A model generated the notes under the pieces. That model did not search any database, was not told where the DNA came from, and worked only from the letters and a program-made list of their open reading frames with translations. 64,000 nt of DNA from a virus: IMG/VR virus record IMGVR_UViG_3300042731_007021, positions 1-64,000 of that record; one strand, 5' to 3'. Made by a program: the position numbers and the translations under genes. Below, piece after piece: positions 8,050 to 15,499 of the stretch. The first letter of the stretch is position 1, and every line of letters begins with the position of its first letter.

Positions 8050-10095
8050 TTAAAAGTTAATTTTCAAAGTCCGGTTAAAGCTCCCGCTTACCCGGCAGGT
8101 TACCGAATTGCGTTGGGTAGACGAAAACCCAATACCGCTCAGCTGATCGTCTGACATTTCAACGCGCATCTTGTTGCCAAGAATTTCAAACACCTTTCGA
8201 TGTTCATTGAGTTCAGGCTTCAGAAACTCATTGTAAAACCCTCTCGGCGCTTCCGGATTCCGGCAATTTTTCAACATGAAGAAATAGTGCTGGTTTCCGG
8301 TCTGCTTACCGCCCCAGAAATTGGGAGACAGTAACATCAACGACACCGGCTGGAAACGCTCCGTCTCAATACCCCAGACACTACGGGATGTTGAAGTGGA
8401 CGGCAGCGATTTAACAACCTCCATAGTTCCGTCAGCCTTCACTTCTAGTCCAATAACGTCTATAAATTCACCGTTCCTCACTGCCTTATCATAAGCAAAC
8501 TTCATAAGGTTGCCGTTAAATTCAAATTCCACTTCAAATCCTACATCTTTTGATTCCCGTTTCTGGTAGTTGTGGACCCCGATAGAGTAAATCCCAGCCG
8601 GAGGGCGGTTCTTCCATACAATGTTCTCCACTGCACGGTTACTGTAGTTAGTGAGGGTGTTGGCATTCATGTCCACATCCAGCCGCCCTCCAGAGAATCT
8701 CCCTGACTTGGTTGAATAGTAAATTTTTTCCTCTTTAGAGCCGGATCTATATACCGAATGCAGGTCCAGGTCATCATAGTTGAACCATGACAAAGACGCC
8801 CGCATATAGCCGTGAACGTCACCGCCTGCGGCTTTCACCCGCTCCCTGATACTGTCGGTCACATCGCCGTTATAGGCCCAGGAGAAGCCGTTATCCCATT
8901 GGAATAAGGAAGGTGCACCTGTCTCCGCGGGGGCTACCAGACTCATCAGGTTGCGCTCATGGCGGTTTTCTACCATAACTTCCATGGCAGTAACCTTAGG
9001 CAGTACGTTGGAAATGAAGTCTTCAATGCCAATCTCTTCCACTTTGTCCAGCTTCTGTGGCCGCTTCCCGGCTTCTTGCATCAACTCGTCAAAGCCGTCC
9101 ACTGCGATCGGCACATCCCGATCCACAAACAGCATATCGGTGGCGTCCAGGTCGGTGTAAGTTGCAAACCGGCGCGAGAGGGCCGACATAAGGCCCAAGG
9201 AAGCAACTTCCTGCTTGGCGTTTTCTATCATGCGCGGAGTGACCAAAGCACTGGGCCGTTTATAGTTGGCCGGGGCAGTCACTTTATCATAGCGCTTGAC
9301 AGCTTTCTCAAGGTCCATGCCTTCCGACAAATCTACCAACAAGGTGCCGATTGAAGAGTTGCGGATGTGGGAAACCGAAGAGTCTTCAATGCAATACTTC
9401 CATGCAAAGTTTTCCTGCTTCTTTTCATTGCTGTGAGAAGCGTTCCACAACAAATAGTAAGCGCTTTGCAGGCCCTTGAATGCAGCCAATTGTCTCTTGT
9501 ATTGATCTCCCCGATAAAGAGAATTTTGGCCAATCAAATCCAGCACGATATCAATGGCGTCACTTTCAATTTCCTCCAAAGCCCGTTTGAACACATTTTT
9601 TGCATTGAACGCTTTGGATTGCAGTGTCCCGATACGAGTGGCAGTCTTCACGAATCGTTCCGGAATATCCAGATGAAAGTGGCTCCACCGGATGTCCGAG
9701 TTGTGACTGTCAAAGTTATGATCGACGCCGACAGCTTTGAACTCACTCAATAAAATATTAGCGATAGGGAGCGCCTTGACATAGGCCGACAGACTGTCAG
9801 CAACGGCTTGATACGCAGGGTTGTTGATTCGAATATCCCAGATTGATACCAGGTTATAATCCTCGTCCAATGAAACGATGCCACCCGCCTGACGCACGAA
9901 TGCTTTACAGCAACTACAGTCGTGTTCCGTTCTCTCCCGAAAGATTTGGTTGGAGCCCTCAGGAAAGGCTCCCAGATACTTTTCATACCAGACTGTATCC
10001 CGGTCGGTATCGACAATAAACAACTGGTTTTCGTCCGATGCCATCTTCGAAAATTGCTGTTGCACTGCGGTTTTAAAGACTTCAAAAGTCATCAT
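8050..10095 (-). CDS. large conserved phage protein with N-terminal EHDCSCCK motif and YfaP/DUF2135-like C-terminal domain
   Basis: LSWFNYDDLDLH...GGRLDVDMN...VENIVW...YSIGVHNY. Confidence 0.75.
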   Translation of the reverse strand: MMTFEVFKTAVQQQFSKMASDENQLFIVDTDRDTVWYEKYLGAFPEGSNQIFRERTEHDCSCCKAFVRQAGGIVSLDEDYNLVSIWDIRINNPAYQAVADSLSAYVKALPIANILLSEFKAVGVDHNFDSHNSDIRWSHFHLDIPERFVKTATRIGTLQSKAFNAKNVFKRALEEIESDAIDIVLDLIGQNSLYRGDQYKRQLAAFKGLQSAYYLLWNASHSNEKKQENFAWKYCIEDSSVSHIRNSSIGTLLVDLSEGMDLEKAVKRYDKVTAPANYKRPSALVTPRMIENAKQEVASLGLMSALSRRFATYTDLDATDMLFVDRDVPIAVDGFDELMQEAGKRPQKLDKVEEIGIEDFISNVLPKVTAMEVMVENRHERNLMSLVAPAETGAPSLFQWDNGFSWAYNGDVTDSIRERVKAAGGDVHGYMRASLSWFNYDDLDLHSVYRSGSKEEKIYYSTKSGRFSGGRLDVDMNANTLTNYSNRAVENIVWKNRPPAGIYSIGVHNYQKRESKDVGFEVEFEFNGNLMKFAYDKAVRNGEFIDVIGLEVKADGTMEVVKSLPSTSTSRSVWGIETERFQPVSLMLLSPNFWGGKQTGNQHYFFMLKNCRNPEAPRGFYNEFLKPELNEHRKVFEILGNKMRVEMSDDQLSGIGFSSTQRNSVTCRVSGSFNRTLKINF

Positions 10096-10108
10096 ATTCT
10101 CCGGTCTT

Positions 10109-10262
10109 TCCAGTCTCTTGGACTGAAGGTTAAAAATTAGGTTTGGTATCCAGCCTCCACGCTGGCCGTCGCTTCAACGGTCTGGATACCCGAAGCCAGT
10201 TAAACTTGGCGCTGTTGCTAATCGTCTACCGATTGGCCGCTTCTAACGGCTGGATGTTACAT
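10109..10262 (-). ncRNA. candidate structured RNA / leader with several hairpins
   Basis: GGTATCCAG/CTGGATACC, GCTAATCG/CGATTGGC, ATCCAGCC/GGCTGGAT and smaller stems in an intergenic gap. Confidence 0.45.
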
Positions 10263-10300
10263 GGCTACCTCTTTTTATTGTGTGGTTATGCGGCTAGCGG

Positions 10301-10528
10301 TTATCCATTCATAGGAACAATATAGCTGAGGTTTCGACCCACCTTCTGTCGGACCCCAGGTTGTGCCACTGCCTTCTTTTCACCATGGATGGTCTGAGTG
10401 ACTATGTGGCCCATTGGAGAATACAAGGTTTTTCCTCTCAACATCACCTTCTCCGCGAATGCCTCACGAAGCAGATTGGCCCTGTACTTCTTGAATGATT
10501 CGTTGTGTTTTCTTGCTCTTGCTGCCAT
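10301..10528 (-). CDS. small basic hypothetical protein
   Basis: 75-aa ORF with AGGGG RBS right after the tRNA. Confidence 0.65.
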   Translation of the reverse strand: MAARARKHNESFKKYRANLLREAFAEKVMLRGKTLYSPMGHIVTQTIHGEKKAVAQPGVRQKVGRNLSYIVPMNG

Positions 10529-10549
10529 GGTTATACCCCTTGTTAAAGT

Positions 10550-10624
10550 TGGTAGCGAGAAAGGGAATCGAACCCCCGTCTTCCGGGCTATGGACCCGGT
10601 GCTCTACCACTAAGCTATCTCGCA
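10550..10624 (-). tRNA. tRNA-Met(CAT), initiator (fMet) type, CCA encoded
   Basis: TGCGAGA TA GCTT AGTGGTA GAGC A CCGGG TCCATAG CCCGG AAGAC GGGGG TTCGATT CCCTT TCTCGCT A CCA; 1:72 mismatch and three G-C pairs at the base of the anticodon stem. Confidence 0.93.
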
Positions 10625-10630
10625 TTAAAA

Positions 10631-10936
10631 TCAATCGTTAAGTTCCGGATGAGAGTCCTTCCACTCTTTAACCCCTCTACTCCAACGTTCAAGATGTTCG
10701 CTGAAGGTCTTTAAGGCTTCACTATCCGCCAAGGTATCCCCTGTAAAGATGGCGGCATCTACGGTGTCGCAGGCTTCGTCAAGCCAATCTGGCAATGACA
10801 TACTTACTTTACTCCTTTCAAAATTAATATAAGCTAAAACCCGCAGTTCAGCCTCTGCATAATCAATTTCTGGGAAGCTACACCTTCCCTCTACGACCAC
10901 TGTGGATTTTATTTTGTTTTCAGCTTCGTTTGCCAC
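10631..10936 (-). CDS. hypothetical protein with a PolA motif-A-like peptide (IDYAEAELRVLA)
   Basis: 101-aa ORF with AAGGA RBS. Confidence 0.6.
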   Translation of the reverse strand: MANEAENKIKSTVVVEGRCSFPEIDYAEAELRVLAYINFERSKVSMSLPDWLDEACDTVDAAIFTGDTLADSEALKTFSEHLERWSRGVKEWKDSHPELND

Positions 10937-10964
10937 TATTATTTCCTTTCAAATCTTAAAATGG

Positions 10965-10999
10965 ATATTACTGCATCAACTACCTTAATGTCAATAAGT
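10965..10999 (-). promoter_or_regulatory. sigma70-type promoter ACTTA-TTGACA-N18-TAATAT
   Basis: shares the phage promoter signature; upstream of the tRNA operon. Confidence 0.65.
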
Positions 11000-11014
11000 T
11001 ATTTTTAGGGGCGC

Positions 11015-11452
11015 TCAATTTCCCTTGTCACCTTCAAGCAAGCGTTGCCGTATGTCCATTAGCAACTTTCCTAACATATTTTTACCTTTCCCGTCACACA
11101 CGCCCCAGAAAGTATCCCCCCAGGTATTGCCTTCGATGAGTTCAACATCCCCTGTTCTCTTTAATTTTCTGGCTAAATAACTACCACAAGCAAATTTCTG
11201 CTCTAATAATTCTTGCATTACTGAAACTTTAATCTCGTCCCAATCTTCCCGGATACCTATTTCCCTGGAAAGTCTCTTTGATTGCCCAGGGGTGCAGCAT
11301 TGGAACTGAAACCTCAAGTTAGTGGGGACTTTAGCAGCCTGATAAGCGTTTTCCAGTGTGGGAAACAATTGGTCATGATAAACTATTTTTACTTTATAAA
11401 AGTTTGACAAAAACCTATTTTCTCCGCTGAATCTATCGATAGCTTTGGGCAT
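11015..11452 (-). CDS. NADAR (YbiA/DUF1768) family protein; likely start MPKAIDRF
   Basis: FLSNFY, ENAYQAAK, LEQKF, LIEGNTWGDTFWGV...GKNMLGKLLMDIR. Confidence 0.92.
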   Translation of the reverse strand: MPKAIDRFSGENRFLSNFYKVKIVYHDQLFPTLENAYQAAKVPTNLRFQFQCCTPGQSKRLSREIGIREDWDEIKVSVMQELLEQKFACGSYLARKLKRTGDVELIEGNTWGDTFWGVCDGKGKNMLGKLLMDIRQRLLEGDKGN

Positions 11453-11485
11453 CCAAATTTCTCCTATACACATATAATATTCAAC

Positions 11486-11836
11486 TTAAAACGGACACTC
11501 GTCTTCACCCCGCCTTGATTCCACCACCCCAATCTCATGGTGGAACTCAAACTCTTCCACCCTATCAGGGTCTGCGTGAATGCACGTATGATCAGCGTCC
11601 TCTATGGCCCCTTTATTGTGCGGCCAATCATTGCCCCGGCAAAAACACCCACGTCTACTGGACCGCTCTTTTTCCTTTTTGTTAACGCTTTTCAACGTGT
11701 CCCGACCACAGCCTGGGCATAGTGGCCTCTTGGCATAGTGGTCTATCGGCTGATTAAGGGCCAGCCTGGCCCCACAATTTCTTCTATCTGTGCAGCGGTA
11801 GTTAAGGGACATAAGCGCTGTACCCAGGTAATGCAA
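11486..11836 (-). CDS. Cys/His-rich putative Zn-binding protein
   Basis: C..C, CPGC, CFC...WPH motifs; start uncertain. Confidence 0.65.
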   Translation of the reverse strand: MHYLGTALMSLNYRCTDRRNCGARLALNQPIDHYAKRPLCPGCGRDTLKSVNKKEKERSSRRGCFCRGNDWPHNKGAIEDADHTCIHADPDRVEEFEFHHEIGVVESRRGEDECPF

Positions 11837-11885
11837 TGCTATGGATGTGTTTTTGCATATGAGCCGACTGGCGCATTAATGCCTG

Positions 11886-12221
11886 TTATCTAGCATTAAA
11901 GTCCGGTTTTTCCGGCCACACAAAAGGCATAATCCAATAATAATCTTGATCCGGCTCACCATCCATCCAAAACTCTATCACAGTGCCTTCCTCGCTGAAT
12001 AAAATATCGCCATCAAAATGTAAAATTTCAACTTCACTGGCTTTGGGGCTAGATATGTAATACATGCCGCCTTTAGTTAGGCTGTAATTTTTTGTCAACC
12101 TTGCCCATCCGCCATGCTGCGATAACAAGTCACTGTTGCAGGAACTCACTACGCTATCCATTAACCGCTCTATCTCGCCTTCGGCTATAGTTTCGTGGTC
12201 TTCCATTTTTACTTTAATCAT
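11886..12221 (-). CDS. hypothetical protein; stop within a GTTATCT core site
   Basis: 111-aa ORF with GAGGA RBS. Confidence 0.7.
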   Translation of the reverse strand: MIKVKMEDHETIAEGEIERLMDSVVSSCNSDLLSQHGGWARLTKNYSLTKGGMYYISSPKASEVEILHFDGDILFSEEGTVIEFWMDGEPDQDYYWIMPFVWPEKPDFNAR

Positions 12222-12388
12222 TCGCTAGTCCTCAAAGTTCAATCGTTGTATTGCTTAGCTGCTGCTGCTGGCAATAACGAGCCATCCATCTGAGGTCTTG
12301 CGACTCAGACGCTAGTAGTGGCCAGGTTGGCGTTCAAACCAAAACCCGAGGAATTTAATGCTTTGTTCTGCACCCATCAGTGCCTCCG

Positions 12389-12688
12389 TTATGCCGCAAG
12401 CCCGCGAGCGCGAAGCTCGAACCATATCGAGTGCATCGCCTGTACGGCTTCTGCGGATAGCTTGATCCTGGTCTCATGTCCGCTGTTCACAAAAATAAAG
12501 GCAAACGAATCGTCATCGGCGGGGAAAACCGAAATGCTGCGGCCTCCAGATAGTTCGCATTTAATGCCTTTGATTGGCTCATCAGGCATAGCAAGCGCAT
12601 CAACAGAGGAAGCGCTGTCGCTTTGCAATCCACAAGTACATTCAGTTTGAGTACATTGGGTTAAATCTCTTTGTTCACATTCTTTCAT
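12389..12688 (-). CDS. hypothetical protein; N-terminus overlaps a degenerate attC-like site
   Basis: stop within GTTATGC (12388); GGCATAGC AAGC GCATCAACAG at about 12585 is read as ...VDALAMP. Confidence 0.6.
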   Translation of the reverse strand: MKECEQRDLTQCTQTECTCGLQSDSASSVDALAMPDEPIKGIKCELSGGRSISVFPADDDSFAFIFVNSGHETRIKLSAEAVQAMHSIWFELRARGLAA

Positions 12689-12726
12689 TCCGCGCTCCTG
12701 TTGGACAACCTTTTAATATGACTGTT

Positions 12727-12756
12727 AGTCGCACACAGCCGAAACCGTGTGCGACT
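12727..12756 (-). terminator. hairpin downstream of the Gp49-family gene
   Basis: AGTCGCACAC / GTGTGCGACT 10-bp inverted repeat; no clear U-tract. Confidence 0.45.
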
Positions 12757-12761
12757 GTTGG

Positions 12762-13064
12762 TTACGCTGCTTCGTGCAGTTTCTGCTTCAGAGCGTAGCC
12801 CTCCAAGGCCCAGATTTTTTCTCTGGCATTGTTCCTGGCAATCTTGCGCCCCAGCTCGGCGTTGAAGTTCTCAGGGCTTGCGCAGGCGCTTTCTCCAGTC
12901 ACAGTGAAACCGTTCGCCAAGGTCAGGCAGCACACGGTAAGCTGACTGCCGGGGAATACGTGATAGTCCTCGCCAGCAATCACCTCATCCAGTCGCTCAG
13001 GAGTAACACGCGGCGCAGTCAGTCCTTTGTCCTGAATCTCTTTTTCAATTTCTTGCTCACTCAT
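12762..13064 (-). CDS. Gp49 family protein (N4 gp49 / Sf6 gp66), cassette gene
   Basis: APRVT...LTVCCLTLANGFTVTGESACASPENFNAELGRKIA...KIWALEGY. Confidence 0.9.
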   Translation of the reverse strand: MSEQEIEKEIQDKGLTAPRVTPERLDEVIAGEDYHVFPGSQLTVCCLTLANGFTVTGESACASPENFNAELGRKIARNNAREKIWALEGYALKQKLHEAA

Positions 13065-13080
13065 TTTTCAAAGTCTCAGC

Positions 13081-13167
13081 GGCTAACAGTAAATTCCACG
13101 GGACGTGGGATAGTCCGCGCTTCGCATCTGGCCGCATTCAGCGCGCCCGTGAATAAAAGTGTTAGTT
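13081..13167 (+). mobile_element. attC-like recombination site J
   Basis: GGCTAAC AGTA AATTC(C)ACGGG ... CCCGTGAAT AAAAGT GTTAGTT; extrahelical C. Confidence 0.82.
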
Positions 13168-13410
13168 TTCTTCAATCCATGCGGCACAAGTTTCTTCACC
13201 TTGCGGTACTTCTGTATACCCTAAATCCGCATGGCAGTAAGTTCCTTCACGCTGTATCAATTCTCTGAACTTCTTGTCACTCACCCCAAGCACAATAATT
13301 GTACATCTCGGGTCAGTAATACCAAGACCAATTACAGCATGAGCAATCTGTGCGGCCACTTTGCCCTCAGTCATTTTTAAGTTTTTTCTGTAAATCGCTT
13401 TTATTCTCAT
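13162..13410 (-). CDS. peptidyl-tRNA hydrolase PTH2-type protein (short), cassette gene
   Basis: LKMTEGKVAAQIAHA, IIVL, DLGYTEVPQGEETC motifs. Confidence 0.85.
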   Translation of the reverse strand: MRIKAIYRKNLKMTEGKVAAQIAHAVIGLGITDPRCTIIVLGVSDKKFRELIQREGTYCHADLGYTEVPQGEETCAAWIEEN

Positions 13411-13424
13411 AAATCACCATCAAA

Positions 13425-13484
13425 AATTAACAACGCCATTAAATCCGACTAGCTATCGCTCTCAGTTTATGGCGAGCGTTATAG
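13425..13484 (+). mobile_element. attC-like recombination site K
   Basis: AATTAAC AAC GCCAT(T)AAA ... TTTATGGC GAGC GTTATAG. Confidence 0.8.
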
Positions 13485-13688
13485 CGTATTCTGCTCTTTC
13501 AACTTTTGCAGATCAGCCATCAATTCCTCATTGTTCGCAATGCACTCAGCAGTGAAGCGGTAACGTGTCCAGTGCATAGGTGCATCGTCATCAATAATCT
13601 GGCACAGCACCCAGGCGATGCGGTCTGTCGTGTTCGCGGTTTCTTTGTTAAAAGGTTCAAACATTTCGATATCCTCAAAGTGCGCCAT
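13479..13688 (-). CDS. hypothetical protein, cassette gene; start MAHFEDIE
   Basis: ATG within R'' of site L, stop within R' of site K. Confidence 0.7.
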   Translation of the reverse strand: MAHFEDIEMFEPFNKETANTTDRIAWVLCQIIDDDAPMHWTRYRFTAECIANNEELMADLQKLKEQNTL

Positions 13689-13747
13689 AATACGGCGCTG
13701 TGGAGGGGAGCGCAAAAGACGCGCTCCCCTAAGCTAAAACGTTAATG
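13685..13747 (+). mobile_element. attC-like recombination site L (R'' reads TAAT instead of TAAC)
   Basis: CCATAAT ACGG CGCT GTGG AGGGGAGCGC aaaagac GCGCTCCCCT AAGC TAAAAC GTTAATG. Confidence 0.65.
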
Positions 13748-14083
13748 CCACCAGAGAAAAATCTCGGTATCTGGTGGCAACGCCTTCATGTATTCCATAA
13801 CGGCCCTGTTTTTCGGGCTGAGTTTATACTTAGCCATTGCATCAGCAATAAGTTTTGCGCGTGTCGAAGTAAGCCGGTCGCCATAATTATCTTTGTCGGT
13901 ATCTTCCAGCCCTTCATCGTCGTACCAATGCAGCTTACGGCCCTGTCTAAATTCAACGACACCGCAGTTTCTTATTGAATCCTGCATGTCATAGTCACGG
14001 TCTGTCAGCAGTCTCTCGTAAGCGAGTGGCAGGTTATCGTCTTTTACGAACGCATTAACCACTAAAGTTAAACTTACTCCCAT
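13742..14083 (-). CDS. hypothetical phage protein (D.YGD.LT...NRAVMEYMKALP...LWWH), cassette gene
   Basis: 113-aa ORF with GGAGGTG RBS; stop within R' of site L. Confidence 0.75.
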   Translation of the reverse strand: MGVSLTLVVNAFVKDDNLPLAYERLLTDRDYDMQDSIRNCGVVEFRQGRKLHWYDDEGLEDTDKDNYGDRLTSTRAKLIADAMAKYKLSPKNRAVMEYMKALPPDTEIFLWWH

Positions 14084-14164
14084 GTGTCACCTCCAAAGGT
14101 CACTATCAATTAATTCAAGAGGACGGCAAAACCGCCCTATGCAAAACACAGGTTGTTATACAAC

Positions 14165-14533
14165 TTATCCAATTTCAGCGAGAATGTCGGAGAAGATGAC
14201 GGCCTCGCTTTTGCTGTCCACGTTAAGAGGCTGGATTCCAGTAGGTTCGAAAGAAAGCCCTTTTCCCTCTCCGATTACCCAAATCATCTTACCTTTCATC
14301 TCAGAGAAATCATTAACGTTCAATGCCAGCAGTAAGCGGCGGATAACCTCGCAACCATACGCAGTTCCTACCCGACTTTGCTTCTCTTCGTCCCATTGAT
14401 CTAATGCAATACCCCCAACACCCTGTGAACCCCCATCTTCATAATCAACATGAATCCAGAAATTAAGAATCCCACGCTCTTGGATCTCCAGGGCAGCTTT
14501 TGAAATTTTAGCTAGTTGTTTCGTCATATTCAT
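14165..14533 (-). CDS. conserved-type phage hypothetical protein
   Basis: 122-aa ORF; GTTATAC core site 4 nt beyond the stop. Confidence 0.75.
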   Translation of the reverse strand: MNMTKQLAKISKAALEIQERGILNFWIHVDYEDGGSQGVGGIALDQWDEEKQSRVGTAYGCEVIRRLLLALNVNDFSEMKGKMIWVIGEGKGLSFEPTGIQPLNVDSKSEAVIFSDILAEIG

Positions 14534-14590
14534 TCTCCAATAAGTTGCTGTTATGCGCTATCTGTCTCACTATAAAAATATTCATCAAAT

Positions 14591-14646
14591 TAAAAAAGCC
14601 AAACCGGAAGGGCGGAGCAGGGTTGATGAACATACACCCTTCCGGC
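14591..14646 (-). terminator. possible intrinsic terminator
   Basis: CCGGAAGGG/CCCTTCCGG inverted repeat with a long loop, followed by a T6 run on the minus strand. Confidence 0.4.
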
Positions 14647-14679
14647 CTGACAAGAGGCTTGTGTAAAGCCCCGACACAA

Positions 14680-14919
14680 TTAATCAATTCCCAGCGCTTC
14701 CCTGATGCGCTTCTTGGTGTCTTTTACCCCTTCCTGGTAGACATCGTTAAGTAAGTTTTCCATCGCAACCTGTTGAACAGTTTGCTGCTCAAATTTGGGA
14801 ATGTACTCTGATATATAAGCCCTTAACACGCCATTTATATAAACAGCTTTAGGTGAACTTACGTCGCCTGTTTCACTATGCCTTATTACGACCATGTTAG
14901 TCTCCGTCTTTAGTTTCAT
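14680..14919 (-). CDS. hypothetical protein
   Basis: 79-aa ORF, ATGA coupling. Confidence 0.65.
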   Translation of the reverse strand: MKLKTETNMVVIRHSETGDVSSPKAVYINGVLRAYISEYIPKFEQQTVQQVAMENLLNDVYQEGVKDTKKRIREALGID

Positions 14920-15254
14920 TCATCAAATAAAGGGTCAAAGTCAGCCTCGGCTTCCAGTCGCTCCTGTTTTTCTTCGTAAGCCTCAAGCGCCGTCATATCC
15001 CTCTTATTGTTTTTCACCTTAGCATATCTTTTATCCCGCTGTTTAATGTTGTGAGCTTTCATGCACAAAATACAATTGCCGTGGGATTTGTAGCGCAGCA
15101 CTTTGTCGTCGAAATTGTGACCGTTGGGGCAAGCTTTTCCTATATACATGTGGCCGGGAGTCGGCTTACCCTGGTGGATGACCTCAACACACAACTTGAA
15201 TGCAGTGCTGGACATCTGGATGGATCTATTTTGTCTGTTTTCCTGTTCGTTCAT
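14916..15254 (-). CDS. protein with an HNH-associated Zn-finger-like motif (GKACPNGH...RY...CILC)
   Basis: motif recognition. Confidence 0.6.
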   Translation of the reverse strand: MNEQENRQNRSIQMSSTAFKLCVEVIHQGKPTPGHMYIGKACPNGHNFDDKVLRYKSHGNCILCMKAHNIKQRDKRYAKVKNNKRDMTALEAYEEKQERLEAEADFDPLFDE

Positions 15255-15475
15255 GGCTGTGCTCTCTTCTCAGCTATGGATTTAACGGCTTTTTCAATAG
15301 CCAGTTTATGGTATCCACTAAAATCCTTCCAATCATTAAATACGCTGTCCAATACCTCGATCAAGGTGTCTTTATCTCCATTGATAAGAATCTCTTCAAT
15401 CAACTCCTGTGGCCCTCCGGGCTCTTCCATAAGCTGATCTAATGCGGCGGCTACGTCTAAATGTTTATGCGGCAT
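15251..15475 (-). CDS. hypothetical protein
   Basis: 74-aa ORF with GGAGAG RBS. Confidence 0.65.
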   Translation of the reverse strand: MPHKHLDVAAALDQLMEEPGGPQELIEEILINGDKDTLIEVLDSVFNDWKDFSGYHKLAIEKAVKSIAEKRAQP

Positions 15476-15499
15476 GGTTTTTAGTCTCTCCTATATAAA

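Noticed and set aside
12255-12377. Stop-codon read-through or recoding in a short ORF (MGAEQSIKF...HY-TAG)
   Set aside because: TAG is used as a normal stop elsewhere, no suppressor tRNA is seen, and the extension is short and overlaps a degenerate attC-like hairpin.
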